Source of the DNA: a bacterium
Lineage (GTDB): Bacteria; Bacteroidota; Ignavibacteria; Kapaibacteriales; Kapaibacteriaceae
Direction: 5' to 3'
DNA length: 64,000 nucleotides
Assembly: GCA_036840065.1 (NCBI GenBank)
Contig: DAITZZ010000005.1
Span: 4,104-68,103 of the forward strand
The translations under genes were made by a program, and so were the position numbers. The notes beneath the pieces are model-generated. The model was not told where the DNA came from and did not search any database. It saw only the letters and a list, made by a program, of their open reading frames with translations. Positions 1-8,135 of the stretch are shown here, piece after piece; the first letter of the stretch is position 1; every line of letters starts with the position of its first letter.

Positions 1-106
1 TCGCAGGAATCTCGAGATCGCTTTTCAATCGGACGGCAATGATGCCGAGCAGAAAGAACAGCAACGTCGGATTGGTAAGGCTCGATATGAGAAGCGTGAA
101 GTCCAT
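1..106 (-). CDS. 5' fragment (about 35 codons) of a membrane permease, probably the SbtA-like sodium-dependent bicarbonate transporter family (DUF897 type); continues beyond the window edge
   Basis: Minus-strand ATG at 106..104 translates MDFTLLISSLTNPTLLFFLLGIIAVRLKSDLEIP. This is a hydrophobic TM1 followed by a KSDLEIP motif that I associate with this permease family. Only 35 aa are visible. Confidence 0.45.
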   Translation of the reverse strand, partial: MDFTLLISSLTNPTLLFFLLGIIAVRLKSDLEIPA

Positions 107-137
107 TGTGCAGTGACCAGCGAAGATACGGGTACAG

Positions 138-170
138 AAAGGGGGCGAACCCGAAATCGGATCCGCCCCC
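138..170 (-). terminator. Rho-independent terminator downstream of pnp
   Basis: Minus strand reads GGGGGCGGATCCGATTTCGGGTTCGCCCCC, with GGGGGCG/CGCCCCC arms at 141..170, followed by TTTCTG. It lies 29 nt after the pnp stop codon (199..201). Confidence 0.7.
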
Positions 171-198
171 TGGAATTTCAGGCTGAAGATGCGTCAGC

Positions 199-2610
199 TC
201 AACCGACGAAGAAGTCGTCTCCGCCGCCACCCTGTGGTTCGTCGCGTGGTGGACGTTCCTCACGTGGAGCATCGTGACGTGGACGGTCGTCGTCACGACG
301 TTCAGGACGCGGCCCACGGTCATCACGGGGTCCGCGGTCACCACCACGTCCGCCGCGGTCATACCCGCCTCGTCCGCCACGATCGCCACCACGTCCGCCG
401 CGATCTCCGCCGCCACGACCGTAACGATCACCGCCTCGGTCGCCGCCGCGATCACGATCGCGTGGTGGACGTGGACGGTCCTCGTATGGTTCCATGCCTT
501 CCGGCAACGGTAGCAGTGCCTTGCGCGACAGGCGCACCTTGCCGTCTGGCTGCACTTCGATGACCTTCACTTCGATGATATCGCCAACCTTGAGAACGTC
601 CGAGACGTTCTCAACACGGCGGTGGTCGATCTGCGAAACGTGGAGCAGGCCTTCTTTCTTTGGCTTGAGCTCAACAAAGGCACCGAGGCCTTCGCGAATT
701 TCCTTCACCCTGCCCTTGATGATCGAGTCGAGCTCGATCGGGCGCGTGATGTCACGGATGCGCGCGATCGCCGCATCGGCACTTGCCTGGTCGATCGCAG
801 CGATCGTGATCGTACCATCGTCCTCGATGTTGATCTCTGCGCCCGTCTCCTTGACGATGCTGCGGATCATTTCGCCCCCAGGTCCGATGACCGCGCCGAT
901 AGACTCGACAGGGATCTGAATGGTGGTGAGCTTTGGAGCGTATGGAGACAGGTCGGTATTCGGTTTGTCCATATGAGCATTCATGATGCCCAGGATATGC
1001 AGACGTCCATCACGGGCCTGCTGAAGGGCCGTGCGCATGATGTCCACTGATAGGCCTTCGATCTTGATATCCATCTGACAGGCCGTGATGCCTTCGAATG
1101 TACCCGTGACCTTGAAGTCCATGTCGCCAAGGAAGTCCTCGTCACCGAGGATATCGCTCAACACGGCCACGCGGTTGTCTTCCATGATCAGACCCATGGC
1201 GATGCCCGCAACGGCCTTCTTCATCGGTACACCGGCATGGAACAGTGCCAGCGAGCCGGCACAGACGGTGGCCATCGACGAAGAACCGTTCGACTCGAGA
1301 ATGTCCGACACCACGCGAATCGTATATGGGAACTCGAGCTCATCCGGAATGAAGTGCTTGAGCGAGCGCTCGGCAAGATCGCCGTGACCCGTCTCGCGTC
1401 GACTGGTGAAGCCAAAGCGTCCGGTCTCTCCTGTCGAGAACGGCGGGAAGTTGTAATGCAGCATGTACCGGATGTCGTACGTCGGCAGCAGTCCATCGAT
1501 GAGCTGCTGATCCTTCTTCGTACCCAGCGTGATGGTTGTCAGCGACTGCGTCTCACCGCGTGTGAACAGTGCCGATCCGTGCGTGCGCGGAAGCACGCCT
1601 GTTTCGACTGTGATCGGGCGGATCTGTGTTGTGGAACGTCCGTCAAGACGGCGTCCTTCGCCAAGGATCATCTCGCGCATTTCGCGTGCTTCGATCTTCT
1701 TGACGACACCGCCGAGCATCTTGCCAATGTTGATGCCTGCATAGGCGTCGGGATTTGCCTCCACGACAGCGTTGGCTGCTGCGGTAGCAAGAGCCTTGAC
1801 TTCCGTGCGGAATGCGCTACGCTGTTCCTTTGAGGACTCAACACGGATCTGCGTGCGGATGCGCTCGGTGATCGCTGCCTCGACGGCGGCGATAAGATCC
1901 TGCGGCGTTTCGCTCGAAGCAACTTCACGCTTCTTGATGTCGAGCATCGACATCAGTTCGCGCTGCAGAGCATTGATCTCGCGGATCCAGTTGTGCGCGA
2001 ATTCCATCGCGGCAACGAATTCGTCTTCAGAGATCTCCTTGCTCGACCCCTCGACCATCACGATCGATGAATCGGAGCCGGCAACCATGATCTCGAGATC
2101 CGACTCCTGGATCTCTGAATGCGTGGGATTGATGATAAACTCGCCGTTGACGCGTCCGACGCGCACTTCAGCGATTGGCCCCTTGAACGGAATGTCGCTG
2201 ATCATCAGCGCTGCGGAAGCACCGATCACGGCCAGCACATCCGGCTCGTTCTGCATGTCGTAGGAATAGACCGTAGCGATCACCTGCGTGTCATTGCGCC
2301 ACTCTTTCGGGAAGAGGGGGCGAAGCGGACGATCGATCAGACGCGACGTGAGGATCTCGGTTGTTGTTGGACGTCCTTCACGACGGAAGAAGCCGCCCGG
2401 GATCTTGCCTGATGAGGCGAGCTTCTCGCGGTATTCGCAGGTAAGAGGAAGAAAGTCGATGTCGGGCTTCGGCTCGGCGCTCGCGTTGGCCGTTACCAGA
2501 ACCATGGTTTCGCCGTAGGTGACCATCACCGAACCGGCGGAGAGTTTGGCAAAGCGACCTGTCTCGATGGACAGTTCCTTGCCGTTGATGATCTTTTTGA
2601 CCGTGTGCAT
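199..2610 (-). CDS. pnp: Polyribonucleotide nucleotidyltransferase (PNPase) with an unusual 92-aa Arg/Gly/Asp-rich C-terminal tail
   Basis: Motifs GKIPGGFFRREGRPTTTEILTSRLIDRPLRPLFP (RNase PH core), GAVIGPGGEMIRSIVKETGAEINIEDDGTITI (KH) and GRVKEIREGLGAFVELKPKKEGLLHVSQI (S1). The only ATG is at 2610, preceded by GGAG (2617..2620). The ORF-track start at 2622 is a TTG. Confidence 0.97.
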   Translation of the reverse strand: MHTVKKIINGKELSIETGRFAKLSAGSVMVTYGETMVLVTANASAEPKPDIDFLPLTCEYREKLASSGKIPGGFFRREGRPTTTEILTSRLIDRPLRPLFPKEWRNDTQVIATVYSYDMQNEPDVLAVIGASAALMISDIPFKGPIAEVRVGRVNGEFIINPTHSEIQESDLEIMVAGSDSSIVMVEGSSKEISEDEFVAAMEFAHNWIREINALQRELMSMLDIKKREVASSETPQDLIAAVEAAITERIRTQIRVESSKEQRSAFRTEVKALATAAANAVVEANPDAYAGINIGKMLGGVVKKIEAREMREMILGEGRRLDGRSTTQIRPITVETGVLPRTHGSALFTRGETQSLTTITLGTKKDQQLIDGLLPTYDIRYMLHYNFPPFSTGETGRFGFTSRRETGHGDLAERSLKHFIPDELEFPYTIRVVSDILESNGSSSMATVCAGSLALFHAGVPMKKAVAGIAMGLIMEDNRVAVLSDILGDEDFLGDMDFKVTGTFEGITACQMDIKIEGLSVDIMRTALQQARDGRLHILGIMNAHMDKPNTDLSPYAPKLTTIQIPVESIGAVIGPGGEMIRSIVKETGAEINIEDDGTITIAAIDQASADAAIARIRDITRPIELDSIIKGRVKEIREGLGAFVELKPKKEGLLHVSQIDHRRVENVSDVLKVGDIIEVKVIEVQPDGKVRLSRKALLPLPEGMEPYEDRPRPPRDRDRGGDRGGDRYGRGGGDRGGRGGDRGGRGGYDRGGRGGDRGPRDDRGPRPERRDDDRPRHDAPREERPPRDEPQGGGGDDFFVG
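202..477 (-). repeat. Coding low-complexity repeat: DRGG/RGG units forming the PNPase C-terminal tail
   Basis: Translates RPRPPRDRDRGGDRGGDRYGRGGGDRGGRGGDRGGRGGYDRGGRGGDRGPRDDRGPRPERRDDDRPRHDAPREERPPRDEPQGGGGDDFFVG. The DNA shows degenerate ccgcc(a/g)cg(a/g)tc-like periodicity. Confidence 0.9.
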
Positions 2611-2690
2611 GATGCACTCCAAAAATGGATGAATGTCAGCCCGTTATCTGGGCTATCACGGCACCGCGGTCAGCTATCACTCCTTGTCAG

Positions 2691-2710
2691 GGGGCTTTTG
2701 GGAAAGCCCC
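2691..2710 (-). promoter_or_regulatory. Stem-loop in the rpsO-pnp spacer (putative pnp leader hairpin or processing site)
   Basis: Perfect 8-bp stem GGGGCTTT/AAAGCCCC with a 4-nt loop, 81 nt upstream of the pnp ATG. No U-tract follows it on the minus strand. Confidence 0.45.
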
Positions 2711-2753
2711 TTGACAAAGAGTGCCACGATGCCATAGAAGAGGGTTTATGATG

Positions 2754-2784
2754 GGCGGCGATCACCGAATTGATGACCGCCGCC
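2754..2784 (-). promoter_or_regulatory. Stem-loop immediately downstream of rpsO (attenuator or partial terminator)
   Basis: GGCGGCG (2754..2760) pairs with CGCCGCC (2778..2784), with additional TCA/TGA pairing inside. It lies 18 nt after the rpsO stop. The following minus-strand sequence CATCATAAACCC is not U-rich. Confidence 0.4.
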
Positions 2785-2801
2785 ACGATGGACAGCGATG
2801 G

Positions 2802-3068
2802 TTACTTGCGCAGACCGAGCTGAGCAACGATCTCGCGATAGCGATGAACGTTGTTCTTCTGCAGGTATCCAAGCAGGTTCTTGCGCTTGGCTACAAGCAT
2901 GATCAGACCACGACGTGAGTGGTGATCCTTGCGGTGCTGTTCGCAGTGCTGGGAAAGAGCCTTGATGTGCTCCGTCAGAAGGGCGATCTGCACTTCCGGC
3001 TTGCCGGTATTTGCTGCTGTGCCGCCAAACTGGGCGATCACCGCTGCTTTACGTTCCTTGGAGATCAT
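2802..3068 (-). CDS. rpsO: 30S ribosomal protein S15
   Basis: [16 protein letters not shown]...[20 protein letters not shown]...[18 protein letters not shown], 88 aa. The ATG at 3068 overlaps the ribF TGA (ATGA). Confidence 0.97.
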   Translation of the reverse strand: MISKERKAAVIAQFGGTAANTGKPEVQIALLTEHIKALSQHCEQHRKDHHSRRGLIMLVAKRKNLLGYLQKNNVHRYREIVAQLGLRK

Positions 3069-4024
3069 GATGTCCTCCATTCCTTGATATGATGTTGATA
3101 GGTAGTTGTTTGCATTCTGTCGAGCTGGAGCTGAGCGAGGAACTCCTCGCGGGATTCAAAGCGACGTTCATCGCGGATCTTGGCGATGAAGGTCACATCG
3201 AGTGTGCGTTCGTAGAGATCGATGTCCACGTCAAGAAAGTGAACCTCGAGTGTGGGCTTCGTATCCGACGTGAACGTTGGTCGAAGTCCAATGTTCGCCA
3301 TGCCGAGCCGAGGCTCAGAGTTGATCACTGCCATCACGGCATAGACACCGTTGGCTGGCAGTAGCTTGTACTCGTCTGAGGGGGCGATGTTTGCCGTCGG
3401 GATCCCGAGCTGACGGCCGCGTCCGTCCCCGCGGACAACCACGCCGCGCACAGAGTAGTCACGACCGAGCATCGTTGATGCTCCCTGAAGATCTCCGCCC
3501 TTGAGGGCGTTACGGATCTTCGTGCTGCTGACCACCACGCCGCCAAAAGAAAGCGGCGGTATGCCCTCGACCGTGAAGTCGAGGTCGGGAGAGAGACGTT
3601 GCAACAGCTCTTCATTGCCACCACGATCTTTGCCAAAAACATGATCATGGCCAATGAAGAAGTGTTGTACGCCTATGTCCCGAACGATCACCGTACGCAC
3701 AAAGTCCGACGCTTCCGTTGCCGCAAAGTCACGCGTGAATGGTATCACCACCGTCAGATCGACGCCCTGCGCTGCCAGAAGTTCACATCGTTCATCGATT
3801 CCCGTGAGAAGTCTCAGTGGCTCGCGGCCCTCTTTTGCAAGAACGATCTGCGGATGCGGATCAAACGTCACCACCACAATTCGTTCTCCGTGCCGCTGGG
3901 CAACGTCGCGCATCAAGTGCAGCACGCCAACGTGTCCAACGTGCACCCCGTCAAATGTGCCAACCGTGATTGCTGTTTCCTTCATAAACGGGACGGCATC
4001 GGTGCCGTAGCGGACGACCTTCAT
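3065..4024 (-). CDS. ribF: Bifunctional riboflavin kinase / FMN adenylyltransferase
   Basis: [15 protein letters not shown] nucleotidyltransferase motif, FDPHP, and C-terminal kinase motif [13 protein letters not shown]. There is a 4-nt overlap with the truB stop. Confidence 0.95.
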   Translation of the reverse strand: MKVVRYGTDAVPFMKETAITVGTFDGVHVGHVGVLHLMRDVAQRHGERIVVVTFDPHPQIVLAKEGREPLRLLTGIDERCELLAAQGVDLTVVIPFTRDFAATEASDFVRTVIVRDIGVQHFFIGHDHVFGKDRGGNEELLQRLSPDLDFTVEGIPPLSFGGVVVSSTKIRNALKGGDLQGASTMLGRDYSVRGVVVRGDGRGRQLGIPTANIAPSDEYKLLPANGVYAVMAVINSEPRLGMANIGLRPTFTSDTKPTLEVHFLDVDIDLYERTLDVTFIAKIRDERRFESREEFLAQLQLDRMQTTTYQHHIKEWRTS

Positions 4025-4767
4025 GCATCCTCCCCGGGAACAAGCAGTGTGCGGATCTCATCGATACGCAGTGCATCGTCAACACGATGCTGTCCGCTTG
4101 CCGTGCGACGAAGTGACCAGACATATCCACCGCAGCCAAGCTTGACACCGAGGTCACGAGCGATGCTGCGAATGTACGTGCCGCGGGAGCAGGTGATCGC
4201 GCAGCGCACCAAAGGCCAGGAAACGCTCACATCTTCGATCGCATGGATCGTCACGATCCGGGGCTTGGCAACAAAGTCGATGCCCTGCCGTGCAAGGTCG
4301 TACTGACGTCGACCCTGATGACGCACCGCACTGAAGGCAGGCGGAGTCTGCTGGATGGTTCCCTCGAACGACTTCAGCGCCGAGATAATGTCCTGCGATG
4401 GCAGTGGCTCGACGGAGCGTTCCGTGCAGGCACCACCGCGGTCATCCGTTGTGGAATCTGCACCCAGAAGGATCTCAACCTCATAGGTCTTGGTACCTTC
4501 CTGCAACTCTTCGATATCCTTCGTGGCTTTGCCGAAGCACAGCACCAGGAGCCCCGTAGCAAGAGGATCCAGTGTGCCGGCATGGCCGACGCGTTTGACG
4601 CGAGTAAGGTTGCGCACCTTCGCTACGCAGTCAAACGACGTCCAGTTTTCTTCCTTGTCAATGAGCGCGATCGCACCATCCGTCCGTGCTGTTTCCAACC
4701 ATTGCTCGATCGTCGAATCAAACGAGCGACCGAGCGTCATCCGATCAATCATTCTCGTTTGTGTCAT
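4021..4767 (-). CDS. truB: tRNA pseudouridine(55) synthase
   Basis: LIDKEENWTSFDCVAKVRNL and catalytic GHAGTLDPLATGLLVLCFGKATK. The ORF extends to 4968, but that part overlaps rbfA and is Ser/Arg-rich junk. Plausible starts are Met codons at 4767, 4752 or 4740. Confidence 0.92.
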   Translation of the reverse strand: MTQTRMIDRMTLGRSFDSTIEQWLETARTDGAIALIDKEENWTSFDCVAKVRNLTRVKRVGHAGTLDPLATGLLVLCFGKATKDIEELQEGTKTYEVEILLGADSTTDDRGGACTERSVEPLPSQDIISALKSFEGTIQQTPPAFSAVRHQGRRQYDLARQGIDFVAKPRIVTIHAIEDVSVSWPLVRCAITCSRGTYIRSIARDLGVKLGCGGYVWSLRRTASGQHRVDDALRIDEIRTLLVPGEDA

Positions 4768-5128
4768 CGTGATGCACCTCATCAACGGGACGTACCCGAT
4801 CAAGGATCGCCTCGATACGCTGTGCGCGGTCGAGCGAATCGTCGATGAAGAACTGCAATTGCGGTGTATAGCGAAGTCGAAGTGACGTGGCCAGATGATG
4901 ACGCACGCGTCCCATGAAGTACTTGTCGATCTGTTCGAGCACTTCGGCCGGGGTGATCCCCTTGCCACCGAAGATGCTCAGGTACACGCGCGCGATCTGC
5001 AGGTCGGCCGACAGACGCACCTCGGTCACGGAGATGAACCCTGCAGAGAGTTCTTCCGCGATCGACCTCAGGGGGCTTGCCAGGGCCTTTTGGATTTCGC
5101 CGGCCACGCGTTCGGTACGGATCGACAC
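4745..5128 (-). CDS. rbfA: Ribosome-binding factor A
   Basis: MSIRTERVAGEIQKALASPL...VTEVRLSADLQIARVYLS, typical RbfA N-terminus and size (127 aa). It starts 2 nt after the infB stop. Confidence 0.93.
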   Translation of the reverse strand: MSIRTERVAGEIQKALASPLRSIAEELSAGFISVTEVRLSADLQIARVYLSIFGGKGITPAEVLEQIDKYFMGRVRHHLATSLRLRYTPQLQFFIDDSLDRAQRIEAILDRVRPVDEVHHDDTNEND

Positions 5129-5130
5129 GG

Positions 5131-8124
5131 TTACGACAGCTTCCGTTTGACTTCAATGGTCTTGTAGCTCTCGATGATGTCGCCCTCTTCGAGATCATTG
5201 AATCCCTGCACGCCGATACCGCATTCAAAACCGGTTTCGACCTCGCGCACATCGTCCTTGACGCGCTTGAGTGATGCCAGGGTACCCTTGTAGATCTCGA
5301 ACCCGTCGCGTAGAACCCGGATCCTGTCATTGCGCGTGATCTTACCGTTCTGCACATAGCAGCCGGCAATGGTTCCGAGGCGGCTGATTTTGAAGATCGC
5401 GCGGACCTCGACGGTAGAGGTGATCTCTTCCTTGATATCCGGCGTTAGCATACCCTCGAGGGCAAGCTGCACTTCATTGATACAGTCGTAGATGATCGAG
5501 TACAGGCGGATCTCAACGCTTTCGCTCTCTGCAAGCTTGCGGGCGGCAGGGGGCACGTTGACCTGGAAGCCAACGATGATCGCGTCCGATGCCGAGGCAA
5601 GCATGATGTCGCTCTCGCTGATAGCACCGACACCGCTGTACAGGATGCGGACCTTGACTTCGGCGGTCGAGAGTTTCTGGAGAGAGTCCGAGAGGGCTTC
5701 CACAGAGCCCGACACGTCGGCACGCACGATGAGGCGAAGTTCCTTGACGCCACCTTGCTGGATCTGCGCCGAGATATCGTCAAGCGTCATGTGACGCATA
5801 CCACGGAACTGCTGCTCGCGGCGAAGCTGCTGACGGCGTGTTGCGATGTCGCGGGCTTCGGCATCGGTCTCCATTTCCAACAGCACGTCGCCGGCATTCG
5901 GAAGTCCGTCAAAACCTGTCACCTGTGCTGGCATGGAAGGACCGGCAGAATCCAGTCGCTGTCCGCGCTCGTCGAACATCGCTCGCACACGTCCGGCAAA
6001 CTGACCGCAGACGAAGATGTCGCCCACGTTCAGTGTACCCTTCTGGACGATAACGGTAACGACGTTACCGCGCCCCTTGTCGATGTGTGCTTCGATAACC
6101 GTTGCACGAGCATTTCGATCAGGGTTGGCCTTGAGGTCAAGAATGTCGGCTTCCAGCACGATCTTCTCAAGCAGTGTCGGGATATTCAGACCGGACTTAG
6201 CAGAGATCTCAACGCACTGGTATTTACCACCCCAGTCTTCGACCAGAACGCCGCGATCGGCAAGTTGCTGACGGATCCTGTCGGGGTTCGCCTCGGGACG
6301 GTCGACCTTGTTGATCGCCACAACGATCGGTACTCCGGCTGCCTGGGCGTGCGATATCGCCTCGATCGTCTGAGGCATCACGCTGTCATCGGCCGCCACA
6401 ACCAGGATCACGATGTCGGTGACCTGTGCGCCGCGGGCACGCATAGCGGTAAAGGCTTCGTGACCCGGCGTATCAAGGAAGGAGATCGTCCGTCCGTTCG
6501 GCAGCTCCACGCGGTAGGCACCGATGTGCTGCGTAATACCGCCGGCCTCGCCGGCAACCACGTTGGCATTGCGGATATAATCCAGAAGCGACGTCTTGCC
6601 GTGGTCAACGTGACCCATGATGGTCACGATCGGCGAGCGTGGCTTGAGCGTCTCCGGTGCATCATCGTCATCGGCTTCCTCATGTTCGGCCTGCTCATCG
6701 ACGAATGATACCTCGAATCCATAGTCAGAAGCGATCAGCGTGATCGTGTCTTTGTCGAGACGCTGATTGATCGACACCATCAGACCAAGCCCCATACACT
6801 TCATGATGATGTCCGAAGCGGTCACACGCATCATGTTGGCAAGGTCAGCAGTCGTCACAAACTCCGACAGCCGCAGGATCGAACTCTCGCGGGCCAGTTC
6901 TTCCTGACGGATGGCTTCCTTTTCTTCCCGTTCGAGACGCTTGCGCATGCGCAGTTTTGCGCGACCACCCGAAGGGGCGATCTCCATGCCCGAAAGCGTC
7001 TGACGAATTGCTCTCTCGACGTCGGCATCCGACACCTGCGTGCGCATGCCTTTGGCGCCGGTCTTTTTCTTCTTTGCATCAGCTGCCTTCTTGGCTGCTG
7101 CCGATGGGGCTGGTGGGCCAAAGTCGCGCCGACGAGCGTCACCGCCCGCCGCCGGAGCCGAGCCCGTTCCCGAGCCGGCAGGACCACGTCCGCGTGCAAC
7201 CAGCGCATCACCGATCGCCCCGCGGCGCGGATCACGTCCGTCTGAAGGACGGCGCTCATCACGCTTAGGACGAGGCGGCGGCTTTGGTGCAAGATCGATC
7301 TTGCCCACAACGGTCAAGCCACGCAGCTGCGTGGATCCGCTTGGATTGTATTCAACTTCGATCACGCCCTTACGGCGGCGTTTGCCCTTCTTTTCGTCAA
7401 CATCCTCTCCGGCTGCACCCTCAGCTTCACCTTCGGGCTTGGCTGCCACAGGAGCCTCGGCTGCGGGTGCTTCGGCTGCAGGCGCGGCAGCAGGGGCCGC
7501 CGGTGCTGCAGGCTTGTTCGAGGAGGGCTCGTAATTCCGTGCCGTCTTGGCGCTGGCAGCTTTGGCGGCCTTGTCGGCCTCTTCCTTTTTCTTCGCTTCT
7601 TTCAGGTCAATAACCTGTCCAACCGAAGGACCCGCCGGTGCAACCACCTGAGGCGCTGCTGCGGGCTGCTCGGCCAACGGCTCGACGATCTCCGGTGCGG
7701 GCGCTGGCGCTGGCGCTGGAGCTGGTGCCGGTGCCGGTGCTGCGGGCTGCTCAACAGGTTCTGCCTGTTGCTCCATCACCGGTGCGGCAGCAGCAGGGGC
7801 TTCCGGACGTTCAAGACGCTCCTCGATCACCCGCTCGCGCTCCTCGGCCTCGGCCAGCGTATCGATCGAAACGGTGCTTCCCTGCTCGAGGTGGCTCTTG
7901 CGAACGGCCTGCTGACGCTGGACCTTTTCGCGTTGCTTCTGCGCAGTCTTCAGCTCCTTGGCGAACTTTTCGATCACGAGATCCAGCTGCTCGTCGCTCA
8001 GGACCGTCGTGGCCTTGTTCTCGAGCTTGTGGCCTTTCGAGGCAAGGTATTCGACGATCGCATCACGCCCGATATTGATCTGGCTCGCGATCTTGAACAG
8101 TTTATTTCCGGTAGAACCAGCCAT
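5131..8124 (-). CDS. infB: Translation initiation factor IF-2
   Basis: G-domain motifs VTIMGHVDHGKTSLLDYIR, DTPGHEAFTAMRARGA and NKVDRP, with a long Ala/Pro/Lys-rich N-terminal region. Confidence 0.98.
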   Translation of the reverse strand: MAGSTGNKLFKIASQINIGRDAIVEYLASKGHKLENKATTVLSDEQLDLVIEKFAKELKTAQKQREKVQRQQAVRKSHLEQGSTVSIDTLAEAEERERVIEERLERPEAPAAAAPVMEQQAEPVEQPAAPAPAPAPAPAPAPAPEIVEPLAEQPAAAPQVVAPAGPSVGQVIDLKEAKKKEEADKAAKAASAKTARNYEPSSNKPAAPAAPAAAPAAEAPAAEAPVAAKPEGEAEGAAGEDVDEKKGKRRRKGVIEVEYNPSGSTQLRGLTVVGKIDLAPKPPPRPKRDERRPSDGRDPRRGAIGDALVARGRGPAGSGTGSAPAAGGDARRRDFGPPAPSAAAKKAADAKKKKTGAKGMRTQVSDADVERAIRQTLSGMEIAPSGGRAKLRMRKRLEREEKEAIRQEELARESSILRLSEFVTTADLANMMRVTASDIIMKCMGLGLMVSINQRLDKDTITLIASDYGFEVSFVDEQAEHEEADDDDAPETLKPRSPIVTIMGHVDHGKTSLLDYIRNANVVAGEAGGITQHIGAYRVELPNGRTISFLDTPGHEAFTAMRARGAQVTDIVILVVAADDSVMPQTIEAISHAQAAGVPIVVAINKVDRPEANPDRIRQQLADRGVLVEDWGGKYQCVEISAKSGLNIPTLLEKIVLEADILDLKANPDRNARATVIEAHIDKGRGNVVTVIVQKGTLNVGDIFVCGQFAGRVRAMFDERGQRLDSAGPSMPAQVTGFDGLPNAGDVLLEMETDAEARDIATRRQQLRREQQFRGMRHMTLDDISAQIQQGGVKELRLIVRADVSGSVEALSDSLQKLSTAEVKVRILYSGVGAISESDIMLASASDAIIVGFQVNVPPAARKLAESESVEIRLYSIIYDCINEVQLALEGMLTPDIKEEITSTVEVRAIFKISRLGTIAGCYVQNGKITRNDRIRVLRDGFEIYKGTLASLKRVKDDVREVETGFECGIGVQGFNDLEEGDIIESYKTIEVKRKLS
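7694..7745 (-). repeat. Hexanucleotide (GCTGGC/GGTGCC-type) coding microsatellite giving (Ala-Pro)n in the IF-2 N-terminal region
   Basis: The plus strand reads gcgctggcgctggcgctggagctggtgccggtgccggtgct. It translates on the minus strand as PAAPAPAPAPAPAPAPAPEI. Confidence 0.85.
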
Positions 8125-8135
8125 ACATCCTTCGA

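Noticed and set aside
189-563. Plus-strand ORFs 189..563 and 274..513 with striking His/Arg/Val or Thr/Ala repeats.
   Set aside because: They are the mirror image of the DRGG repeat tail of PNPase on the minus strand. The repeat periodicity creates open frames on both strands, and PNPase continuity plus the terminator at 138..170 support the minus-strand reading.
4768-4968. N-terminal 67-codon extension of the truB ORF overlapping rbfA.
   Set aside because: The extension (MARGSPRPKCSNRSTSTSWD...) has no TruB similarity and overlaps the 3' half of rbfA in another frame. Met codons at 4767, 4752 and 4740 give a normal-length TruB.
5755-6708. Long ORFs antisense to well-supported genes. Examples are 5755..6708 opposite infB, 16313..17371 opposite ppx and 30846..31910 opposite purA. 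Others are 60329..61180 opposite crtI, 11421..12242 opposite kup, 34164..35255 opposite secD and 58805..59684 opposite the AT3-like gene.
   Set aside because: Each lies fully inside a gene whose product carries unmistakable family motifs. Their translations are Arg/His/Asp-rich with no motifs, signal peptides or TM logic. Stop-poor antisense frames are expected in GC-rich coding DNA.
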